A stretch of DNA of 64,000 nt from Octopus bimaculoides. Taxonomy: Eukaryota. Each line of letters begins with the position of its first letter. Within the stretch, counting starts at the first letter, position 1. The stretch spans positions 107,681,201-107,745,200 of the forward strand of contig NC_068985.1 of the NCBI RefSeq assembly GCF_001194135.2, in the 5' to 3' direction. Below, one piece after another: positions 1-10,104 of the stretch. Position numbers and translations under genes: made by a program. The notes under the pieces are model-generated. The model saw nothing but the letters and a program-made list of their open reading frames with translations. It was not told the DNA's origin and did no database searches.

Positions 1-900
1 TCATCATGGCCATTACCACCACCACCACCACCACCACCACCACTGTCATCACCACCACCACCACCGCCTTCCTTACTATCAGATCATCATCACCACCACA
101 ATTATCATCACCATTACCACTTCCATCATCATCAGCATCATCACCCCTATCACCACCACTGCTGCCAATATCCTTATTACCATCACTAAGCACCCACCAT
201 CTGATTCCATAACCACAGTCACTATCAGCACCTTTATAATCATGATCATCATGATCACCACCACAATCACCACCACCACCACCACCACCACCTTCATTTT
301 ATCACCACTGCAGTAACCACAATCATCATCATCATCATTGCCATCCCCATCAGCACCATCACCACTGCAATCATCATCATCTTCATCTTCACAATCGCTA
401 CCACCACCACCTCCACCACCACCACTGCTGCTGCTGCTGGGTAATCAATCAGTGAAAAGATTTTACAAGAGAAATGCTTTCTTTGCTGACAGGAAGATGC
501 TAAAACACCTGAACTGTCAAGTAACAACTGCAACAGTAACAATAGTGTGGAGAGTGGTGGTGGTGGTGGTGGTGGTGGTGGTGGTTTTGGTGGTGGATAT
601 TGGGAGTGATGGGTGTGTTTTCTTTTCATCTCACTATGGTGCACCATGAATAAAATACAATGATGATGATGATGAGGGTGGTAGAAGATAGAGGTGAGAG
701 TAGTGGCAGCGGTGGTGCTGCTACTGCCGTTGGCAGTGGTGGTAGTATGGTAGAGGTGTTAGCGTTCCTTTTTGTTACACTGTGGTGCACCATGCATTGA
801 CACAGTATGGTGCAGTGTGAACTGCACAGTTTGAATAGCACCACTAGTGACATCGGTAGTGGCAGAATGATATTGTGTTGTGGTATTTGTTTCAGCTCTG
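1..900. repeat. (CAC/CAT)n and (GGT/GAT)n trinucleotide low-complexity tract
   Basis: Runs of ACC/ATC then GGT/GAT repeats; the ORFs here are poly-T/V/P artefacts. Confidence 0.9.
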
Positions 901-1111
901 TGCATACTAGGGTTCGAACCTGACTGAAGTCAGCTTCGTTTTCCGTTGTTTTAGGGGCTGAGAAATAAACTGGTTGCCAATACAGAAAAGTGAATTGGTA
1001 GGATGGCTAAAGCAATGGGTGGCCTATCTTGTGGTAGGTATCTATTCAAGCACTCAATGTTCTGAGTTCAAATTTCAACTAGGGGATTCAATTCCTGCTA
1101 AGGGTCAAGGC

Positions 1112-1658
1112 CAGGCCTGGCCAACTTGAATTGCATTGCAGGCCACTTTAACCCTTTTGTTACCCTATTTCTGTTGAGATGCTCTGTGTTTCTTTCAATT
1201 AATTTTAAATATAACAAAGAAATAGTAAAATAATTTAGTTTATCATTAAGCTAGTATTAGGAACATAAATTGTGACTAAGGTTCGGTGGACGATTTTAAT
1301 TCAGAACTTATGAAAACAAGACATTTATACTACAGAGCTAGAGGCGGTTTGGTATCAAAAGGGTTAATCACAGAAAGTTTTTTGAGGGCCACTTGTATAC
1401 TGACAGAATTGAAAGCATTTTTGTTTTCTCATGCTATTATTACAATAATGAATGGGTGATTGTTGAGTCAACATGAAATATCGTTGCAAAAACAGTGGTA
1501 TCTTTCTTCTTTACTTTTCATTACAATCTTTAATTTTTGATAAAATTTTTTTTTAAATGTTTGTTTAAATAAACCCATTTCAAGAAAGTATCAAGTGAAC
1601 TGCAAGATAAAGGTCAGCAGGCCGCATGCAGCCTGCAGGCCTTGGGTTGGTCAGCCTT
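1112..1658. mobile_element. Possible decayed hAT-like MITE enclosing the piggyBac MITE
   Basis: CAGGCCTGGCCAAC at the left and GTTGGTCAGCCT at the right are imperfect inverted termini; no 8-bp TSD seen. Confidence 0.3.
1148..1367. mobile_element. piggyBac-type MITE (about 212 bp)
   Basis: TTAA-CCCTTTTGTTACC at 1148-1164 and GGTATCAAAAGGG-TTAA at 1351-1367: 13-bp TIR with 1 mismatch and TTAA target duplication. A related right end (GTAACGAAAGGGTTAA) is at 49444-49459. Confidence 0.85.
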
Positions 1659-2159
1659 TGTTATGGTTAATTATCTGATCATGGGACCATAATAAATTAT
1701 GAAAGTTATATAATAAATTATAAATTATGATAGATGGAGGAAAAGTGTGGTTCTCTGGTACTGCAGTTGAATGCTGATGTGGTTGTGGTGGTGAAGATGA
1801 TGATGATGATGATAGTGGTGGTGGTAGTTGTAATAATTATGATGGTAGTAGTGGTGTGTAGGTGATGGTCAAAATGATAATGACATTAGTAAGAATTAGG
1901 ATGCTAGCGATGACTAGTTACAATCAAGGAGATGATAGTGATGATGATGATCTTGATGTTATGGTAGTGACAATAAGGGGTCATGGTAAAGGGAATGATG
2001 ATAAAAATGATGATGATGTGGAAGAGGAGGAGAGAATTACAAAGGATATAGTAAAGTAAGTAGATGATCTTAATCCACACCATGAGGTCTCAGGAGTATT
2101 ATCTCTAACTAAGAAAATAAAAGCCCAAAAGAGCTAGAAAGAAGGTATGTATATATATC

Positions 2160-2219
2160 TCTTACCTGACAATTAAGTAAACATCAGAACTTACCTGAAA
2201 AGAAACAAAAAAAAAAAGG
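2160..2219 (-). promoter_or_regulatory. Candidate recursive splice site followed by a 29-nt cryptic exon
   Basis: Minus strand reads CCTTTTTTTTTTTGTTTCTTTTCAG|GTAAGT (junction 2195/2194), then a second CAG|GTAAGA 29 nt downstream (2166/2165). Confidence 0.4.
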
Positions 2220-3422
2220 TGAAACATCAAAAATGTATAATACTTGAAAAAGTTTATAACATTATTCAAAGTTGAAACATTTTATCATTATTATTTATAT
2301 TAATATGCTAAGGCCAAATGTGTGACACTGTGATGGTGTTAGTTGAAGGGAGACGTAAAAACGAGAGAAGGTGAGAAGAGTGCCAGCAGTGAGAGATAGA
2401 AGAAAGGGATTGTTACTACGTTTTGTAGTTGGATAGTTAGTTGACGAGAGATGGGGAGAACATATTTAAAGCAGATGGATGTGGTATAGCTGAAAAGAGA
2501 GAGAAAGAGAGTGAGAGAGAATTAGTATTTTTACAGAACGGAAGACCGGAGTGGAAAATACTATAACAGTTAACATGCATACACATATGTTATGATACAT
2601 CAGTACATTTCAAATAACACACCTATTGTAGGTACATGATTTTAAACATTTAACAAAACAATACCGTGACAGACAATAAAAATAAGATTTTGGTTGCTGT
2701 TACAGGATTTCTCTATCTAAATGGATAAAGAAATGTATGTTTTTCTGAATCATTAATTTATTAAGTAAAGGTTTCTCTTGTGAATAACCAAGGAACAAAA
2801 CACCATATAGAGTTATAGAAACTTCAAAAAAAATTTTCAAATCAGGAATTTCAAATAACAGCTGAATCAATTATTTTATTTTTGACAGAATAAATCTGGC
2901 TTTGCTTGAAAGATGGTCACATAAGGAGAAAAAGAAAAAAAAAAAAGAATTATTTATCAACACTAAAAATTTCATAAACAATAGCCACCATACTTACTTT
3001 TCTGTTTCATATATATAATACTAAATACATGAAAATATCACATTTTCGCACGAGTTGATGAATATATGATGTTGTCTGCATATGACAATACAATAAATGC
3101 ATATGCAAAACATTTTCAAATAGCTTTTTGTATGCAATCAAATCATGATGGCTACTCATATTTCAATAGGTTTAAAAATATTTTTGCTTATATATTATTA
3201 CACTGCTTCTTTTCTTCAGTCATTTGAGTAATTGGTGACATGAAACTTAGAGCAACGATTTGATAAGCTTAAATTTCTCATAGGTGCAGGAGTGGCTGTG
3301 TTAAGTAGCTTGCTTACTAACCACATGGTTCCGGGTTCAGTCCAACTGTGTGGCACCTTGAGCAAGTGTCTTCTATAATCTCAGGCTCAGGCCAACCAAA
3401 GCCTTGTGAGTGTATTTGGTAG

Positions 3423-3959
3423 ATGGAAACTGAAAAAAGCCTGTTTAAGGATGGCATAAGGACTGCTATGAAGTCAATTGGAATGGCTCCAAAAGATATA
3501 GAAGTCCTCGCTTCAGATCGAGTTGGATGGCGAACAAGGGTGTGGAGTGGAGTGAAAGCATTTGAAGAGGCCAGGATGATGCAAGCAGGGCTCAAGAGAC
3601 ATTTAAGGAAAAAGGTGAAGACTGAGAAGGTGAATGACAAGGACCTTTTTGTGTGCACAGTCTGTGACAGACCATGTCTATCCTTGGCTGGCCTCAAATC
3701 TCACCTGCGAACCCATGGAAAACAAACCTCACCCAGCTATTCTGATTATATGTCTGTGCACACGTTTGAATGTGGTGTGTGCCAGAGGGTTTGCAAATCC
3801 AATGGGGGTCTTAAAAGACATGTTAGGATCCACAATGAGCAGAACTTACTTGCAGGTATTGGTAGTGCAAATCAGAGGTGCAATCTGTGTGGGTGTTTTT
3901 TCAAAACACTGTCTGGTTTAAAAAGCCACATCAGACGCCATGAAAGGGCTAAGGTGTAG
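3423..3959 (+). CDS. Open 178-aa ORF: RTE-like LINE ORF2 C-terminus with three C2H2 zinc fingers; start codon lies in SINE sequence
   Basis: FKD..R.AMK.IG....IE.LASDRVGWR..V.SGVKAFEEAR is the typical RTE ORF2 end; fingers CTVC..HLRTH, CGVC..HVRIH and CNLC..HIRRH. Confidence 0.6.
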   Translation: METEKSLFKDGIRTAMKSIGMAPKDIEVLASDRVGWRTRVWSGVKAFEEARMMQAGLKRHLRKKVKTEKVNDKDLFVCTVCDRPCLSLAGLKSHLRTHGKQTSPSYSDYMSVHTFECGVCQRVCKSNGGLKRHVRIHNEQNLLAGIGSANQRCNLCGCFFKTLSGLKSHIRRHERAKV

Positions 3960-4003
3960 GTGCAGGAGGTGGTCAAACTCTGTTTAAGGAGTAGACAACC
4001 ACC
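3445..4003 (+). mobile_element. 5'-truncated RTE-like LINE
   Basis: ORF2-like tail, short 3' UTR ending in a stem-loop (GGTGG-TC..ACTC-TGTTTAAG-GAGT..GAC..CCACC, 3968-4003), then (TA) microsatellite. Confidence 0.75.
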
Positions 4004-4371
4004 ATATATGTAGATATATGTGTTTGTGTGTCTGTGTTTGTCCCCACCAACATCGCTTGAGAACTGATGCTGGTGTGTTTATGTCCCTGTCACTTAGCAG
4101 TTTGGCAAAAGAGACCAATAGAATAAGTATTAGACTTACAATGAATAAGTCTTGGGGTCGATTTGCTCGACTAAAAGCAGTGCTCCAGCATGGCCGCAGT
4201 CAAATGACTGAGACAAAAGAATAAAAAGAAATAATAAAATATACAAAATCTTCATTATACATTAAGTAATTCTATTTGTCACTAAACATAAATGTTCAAT
4301 GATCTTCCTCATACATATATATATATGTATATATACACACACATACACACACTCACATTTATGTATGTACA

Positions 4372-4609
4372 TACAGGGGTGGCCAAAAGTTACCCAACAG
4401 TAAAGCAAAACCATTTAATTCCAAGATTTATTTATGTTTAGCAACAGAATGAATTCAATAAAAGCATCTACATATGAAACACCATGAAAATTGTTCAAAC
4501 TGAAGTCCTTCTTGAGTGACACATTTTTTCCATCCGAGTCCATACAGAATTACAGAGAGTATTTATGGAATTTTGATTTACTGTCTGGTAACTTTTGGCC
4601 AATCCTGTA
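4372..4609. mobile_element. Tc1/mariner-type MITE (about 234 bp)
   Basis: TA-CAGGGGTGGCCAAAAGTTACCCAACAGT and ACTGTCTGGTAACTTTTGGCCAATCCTG-TA: about 28-bp TIR with TA duplication. Confidence 0.85.
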
Positions 4610-4640
4610 TGCACATACATACATCCACATATATATGATA

Positions 4641-5183
4641 GCCATTTCCTTGTTCTTGAGTATGGCTATTGCTTGAAGCACTTCAGCATTGGTTTCATAT
4701 GGGAGGAGCATGGGAATGGCTTTTTCAGGCCAGTAAGTGACCACAGATGTTATGTATATGGTTATCTCCAACAACATGAGCCACTCGCAGTTTCATGTTA
4801 CATTTTAAGCCCACAGCTGATAGGTAAATCTCGCTGCATTCAAGGCATATTTTTATGCTGTGTATGGTGACATCCAAGTCAACTCTTAAGTAAATTACGT
4901 TTTTTGTGACTTTTAAGTGCTGTACTGCTAAAACAGACTCTCCCACATTCTTCACATGTCAGCTCACTCAGGTCACCCACATTTCCGAGAAATATCACGT
5001 CCATACCCTTTCTGGAATTCCACTTCAACTTCTTATGGTTTCTTCAAGCTATTTCAAAGTTCTCACTTCTGCCGTATACTGCTTCCTTCCATCTTGCCTT
5101 GTCAGTTGCAATTTCTTCCCATTTATTTTTCAAGATGTTAGCTTTCTTCAACGATATTTTATGCAGTCCTTGAACTTCAGTTT
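4641..5183 (-). pseudogene. Second, decayed RTE-like ORF2 tail with three C2H2 remnants
   Basis: Manual minus-strand translation across frameshifts and stops: KLKFKDCIK.SLKKANI...WEEIATDKARWKEAV...ELTCEECGRVCFSSTALKSH...CLECSEIYLSAVGLK...NICG..LKSHSH; terminal hairpin GCCAT-ACTC..GAA-ATGGC at 4641-4666. Confidence 0.7.
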
Positions 5184-6004
5184 ACATACATAATATATAC
5201 ATACATATACACACACACATATATACACACAAGCTAATATTGAACAGTGAGAATGAATGCTCAACACTGCATTGGCAAATAAATATTCTTTATTTATAGA
5301 TAAACAAGGCTACCATTGGTTTCATATTGAGAAAATGTTTCATATACATGCATCTATATATACACATATATACGTTATATATATATATATACACACATAT
5401 ATAAAAATACCTACACACACCACATGTATACACAGATATATATATATATATATATAAGCAATGTTAATTCTCTAAATGAAGGACACAGTAGTGTGTCGAT
5501 AAGCCAGCTGGAGGAGATGTCCTCCTGGGGCTAAAAGCAATAGTAACATCCACCCCTAGGGGTCAGCCACACTAAAGTGGCAATATACTACACTTTATAT
5601 ATATATATATATATACACACATATATTTATACACACACAGACATATATATATATATATGCATATATATATATATATATANNNNNNNNNNNNNNNNNNNNN
5701 NNNNNNNNNNNNNNNNNNNNNNNNNNNNNNNNNNNNNNNNNNNNNNNNNNNNNNNNNNNNNNNNNNNNNNNNNNNNNNNNNNNNNNNNNNNNNNNNNNNN
5801 NNNNNNNNNNNNNNNNNNNNNNNNNNNNNNNNNNNNNNNNNNNNNNNNNNNNNNNNNNNNNNNNNNNNNNNNNNNNNNNNNNNNNNNNNNNNNNNNNNNN
5901 NNNNNNNNNNNNNNNNNNNNNNNNNNNNNNNNNNNNNNNNNNNNNNNNNNNNNNNNNNNNNNNNNNNNNNNNNNNNNNNNNNNNNNNNNNNNNNNNNNNN
6001 NNNN

Positions 6005-6079
<75 letters not shown>

Positions 6080-6215
6080 GTGTGTATCCATATATACAAA
6101 AGAAGACAGCCTCTCATACATGCAGAGACATTCATTCCTTTACACACAAAGAAGCATTCACATAGACATTCAGTTACATGAAATGTATAGACGTCTATAA
6201 CCAAACACACTCACA

Positions 6216-6249
<34 letters not shown>

Positions 6250-6851
6250 GAGGCAAAGTTTAGAAACATGAGGGTATGAAAGTAAGAACCTTAGCTGAGC
6301 GATATATAACATATGCATGTACTCACACGCACACACACACACATACTACACTCACACACATTTACACATATACATCAATATACCCTTTGTACCTCTCCCT
6401 TGACATGCTGTGACTCATAACTTAGCATCACTGGTTTCCTTGGAGATTATGGAATACAAACATCACCACCAGTACTGATGGCACACCTTACACCACCGCC
6501 ACCATTACCATACATCATCACCACCACCACCACCACCAATCCCACCATTACCATACATCACCACGCTACCTCTGTTATCTCTGTTGCATTATCACAACAT
6601 CACCTTCACCAGTGTGAATGGCACATCGTATCCTGTTATCACTAACCCTATCCTATACCAGGACCATACCGCATTACGCTACATCAACATCACACCCTAA
6701 TATCCCCACACCAGACTATACCAACACCGCAACTACCACCACCACCACCACCATCACATCACACAACACTACATCAACATCATACCATATTGAGACTGCA
6801 CTATACAATATCACCACCGACACCACTCAATATAAACTTCTTATAAGATGG

Positions 6852-7270
6852 TAAGCTGGCAGAATCGTTGGGAAGCTGGGTAAAAGTTTTAGCAGCATTT
6901 TGTCTGCCTATGTTCTGAGTTCAAATTCTGTCAAAGTCGACTTTGCCTTTCATCCTTTCAGGGTTGCTAAAATAACTATCAACTGAACAATTGGGTTGAT
7001 GTAATTAACTTAACCCACTCTCCTGAAATTGCAGGCCTTGTGCCAAAATCTGAAATCAATATTAACTTCATATTAGGGAGTGAGTTGGAAGAATTGTTAG
7101 CAGGCCAGGTAAAATGCTTAGCGGCATTTCGTCCGTCTTTATGTTCTGAGTTCAAATTCCACTAATGCCTTTCACCCTTTTGGGGTCAATAAAATAAGTA
7201 CCAATGGCATTGATGTAATCTACTCACTCACTTTCCTAAAATTGCTGGCCTTGTGCCAAAATTTAAAACC
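6852..7270 (+). mobile_element. Two tandem tRNA-derived SINEs (family B)
   Basis: GCTGGCAGAATCGTT head, GAGTTCAAATTC B-box, GCCTTTCATCCTT core, GGCCTTGTGCC tail. Confidence 0.8.
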
Positions 7271-8029
7271 GATAGTAATTTCATATCCACATCACACCGT
7301 ATTTACAAAATGCTACACCATATCTAGCCAACAAGAGAGCTTCTATGTAATCACTCAAGCTGCTAGAAATAACAGCCAAATCTTCTTTGAATTACACTTG
7401 ACCATCTTAGGAAGAACAGGCTGCATAATGTGATTCCATATTCTTTTTACACAAGAAAAATCAGGATGGTCATAGCTGGAACACTTTTGTAGTGTCTTAG
7501 GCCAAAAAAATTTTAACTTCTTGCATAGTTCGAGCCCACACCAATATCATATCTCCTCCACTATTTCAGTATTATGTGTCAAAAGTGAAACAATAACATG
7601 TCACTACTGTAATGTCAGATACTTTCACTTTAATACTTTCAATTTCATACTGAAACTATTAAAGTGAAAATATACTCTCACATATATACAGGCATACTAT
7701 AAGACCCAAGTTAAAAACATTCCCAACAATTCAACTTCTCTGGTTGACATTAACACACCCACACCAATAGGGGCCTTTATTCCCACATTTTAGAGCTCCA
7801 TGAGCTCCATTTTTCAGGAGCAAAATCCTTTTTACAGGTTCCAGAAGACTGGAATTTTGCAATATGTGCATAAAGATCAATAGTATGGGATACAGGTGTC
7901 ATTATTAGAATTTTTTTACAGTGTGTAAAGAGGGAAAGAACCCTCATGTGCAATTTAGATGAAATTCGAATCATAGGTGTTCCAGTTCCTTACAGAAAAC
8001 ATAACAGAAAAGTCTCATTCTTCAATTGC

Positions 8030-8064
8030 ATGTAACATGGGCAATGCCGGGTATCTCTGCTAGT
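8030..8064 (+). mobile_element. Helitron-like 3' terminus
   Basis: GC-rich short palindrome (GGCA-A-TGCC-GGG) about 10 nt upstream of CTAG|T at 8060-8064. Confidence 0.3.
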
Positions 8065-8070
8065 ATATAT

Positions 8071-8448
8071 ATCATCATCATCATCATCGTTTAACGTCCG
8101 CTTTCCACGCTAGCATGGGTTGGACAATTTGACTGAGGACTGGTGAAATCGGATGGCAACACCAGGCTCCAATCTAAATTTGGCAGAGTTTCTACAGCTG
8201 GATGCCCTTCCTAACGCCAACCACTCAGAGAGTGTAGTAGGTGCTTTTACATGTCACCCGCACGAAGGCCATGCAGGCGATACTGGCAACGGCCACGCTC
8301 GAAATGGTGTCTTTTATATGCCACCAGCACAAGCCAGTCCAGGGGCACTGGCAACGATCTCGCTCGAAAATCCTACGAAGGCCAGTCAGGCGGTATTGGC
8401 AACGGCCACGCTCGAAATGGTGTCTTTAATGTGCCACCCGCACAAGCC
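8071..8448 (-). mobile_element. RTE LINE 3' UTR fragment with internal 113-bp tandem subrepeats running into a gap
   Basis: (ATC)n tail, CCACGCTAGCATGG hairpin, CTACAGCTGGATGCCCTTCCTAACGCC as in the LINE at 26683-27800; ACGAAGGCCA recurs at 8262 and 8375. Confidence 0.8.
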
Positions 8449-9350
8449 NNNNNNNNNNNNNNNNNNNNNNNNNNNNNNNNNNNNNNNNNNNNNNNNNNNN
8501 NNNNNNNNNNNNNNNNNNNNNNNNNNNNNNNNNNNNNNNNNNNNNNNNNNNNNNNNNNNNNNNNNNNNNNNNNNNNNNNNNNNNNNNNNNNNNNNNNNNN
8601 NNNNNNNNNNNNNNNNNNNNNNNNNNNNNNNNNNNNNNNNNNNNNNNNNNNNNNNNNNNNNNNNNNNNNNNNNNNNNNNNNNNNNNNNNNNNNNNNNNNN
8701 NNNNNNNNNNNNNNNNNNNNNNNNNNNNNNNNNNNNNNNNNNNNNNNNNNNNNNNNNNNNNNNNNNNNNNNNNNNNNNNNNNNNNNNNNNNNNNNNNNNN
8801 NNNNNNNNNNNNNNNNNNNNNNNNNNNNNNNNNNNNNNNNNNNNNNNNNNNNNNNNNNNNNNNNNNNNNNNNNNNNNNNNNNNNNNNNNNNNNNNNNNNN
8901 NNNNNNNNNNNNNNNNNNNNNNNNNNNNNNNNNNNNNNNNNNNNNNNNNNNNNNNNNNNNNNNNNNNNNNNNNNNNNNNNNNNNNNNNNNNNNNNNNNNN
9001 NNNNNNNNNNNNNNNNNNNNNNNNNNNNNNNNNNNNNNNNNNNNNNNNNNNNNNNNNNNNNNNNNNNNNNNNNNNNNNNNNNNNNNNNNNNNNNNNNNNN
9101 NNNNNNNNNNNNNNNNNNNNNNNNNNNNNNNNNNNNNNNNNNNNNNNNNNNNNNNNNNNNNNNNNNNNNNNNNNNNNNNNNNNNNNNNNNNNNNNNNNNN
9201 NNNNNNNNNNNNNNNNNNNNNNNNNNNNNNNNNNNNNNNNNNNNNNNNNNNNNNNNNNNNNNNNNTAGAAGTTGTTTCCTGTTTGTTTACAGTGTTTATT
9301 GCACCTGAACATCTGCCACATACAAAAACTAACTTCCTAGTTAACCTGCC

Positions 9351-9411
<61 letters not shown>

Positions 9412-9637
9412 CAAATAATATGTGAGTATATGCATATATACGTACATGTATGTACATACCTACATCTACATGTATATATAGATGCATATCTGGGTACAGG
9501 ACGTCACAAGAAAGCATGGGCAAAATGAGAAACAGAACAGATGTTACCTAAAGGTGCAGATGCAGTTGCTGTCTTGTTGGCAAACAATGAAACTCCTTTT
9601 CAACAAGTTGTAGTGCACTTGAACACAATACAATAAG

Positions 9638-9673
<36 letters not shown>

Positions 9674-10068
9674 GTAAGAGAAATCTTGGAATTGTTTACA
9701 GAGAAAAAGTTGTAACTTTCAGATTGAACTTGCTTAGTTTATATTATTGAATGAACAAATTAGAATGTAACAGATTGCCAAGAAAAATAGTAAAAATATA
9801 TTGAAATGAATTAGAGAAGGAAATCAATAAATTTGCTGAGAATTATACTGGATAACATTGAATAAAGGAAATGAATTGATGATGGTGATGATGATGATAA
9901 TGATGGTGGTGGTGTTGATGATCGAAGTGGTGATGGTGGCAGTGGGGAGGTGGTTGATGTGGGTGGGTGGATAAAGGGTGATGTAAGTAGTAGCGCTTCT
10001 GATGGTAGTGGTGGTGGTAGTGGCGATGATGGTGGTGGCCTTAATGATCAAAGTGGTAATTGCAGTAA

Positions 10069-10104
<36 letters not shown>

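Larger units (their letters stand above)
3283..4235 (+). mobile_element. Bipartite tRNA-derived SINE (family A) interrupted by an RTE-like LINE tail
   Basis: Head GGTGCAGGAGTGGCTGTG...GGTTCAGTCC...CCTTGAGCAAGTG at 3283-3444; 3' module at about 4020-4235; matches intact copies at 15907 and 22196. Confidence 0.85.

Noticed and set aside
3423-3959. Ordinary host C2H2-ZNF gene
   Set aside because: No TGEKP-type linkers, N-terminal part is RTE ORF2-like, it has a LINE-type 3' hairpin and tail, and it is nested in a SINE
8153-8448. GC-richer ORFs (MATPGSNL...)
   Set aside because: Antisense reading of the LINE 3' UTR and its subrepeats
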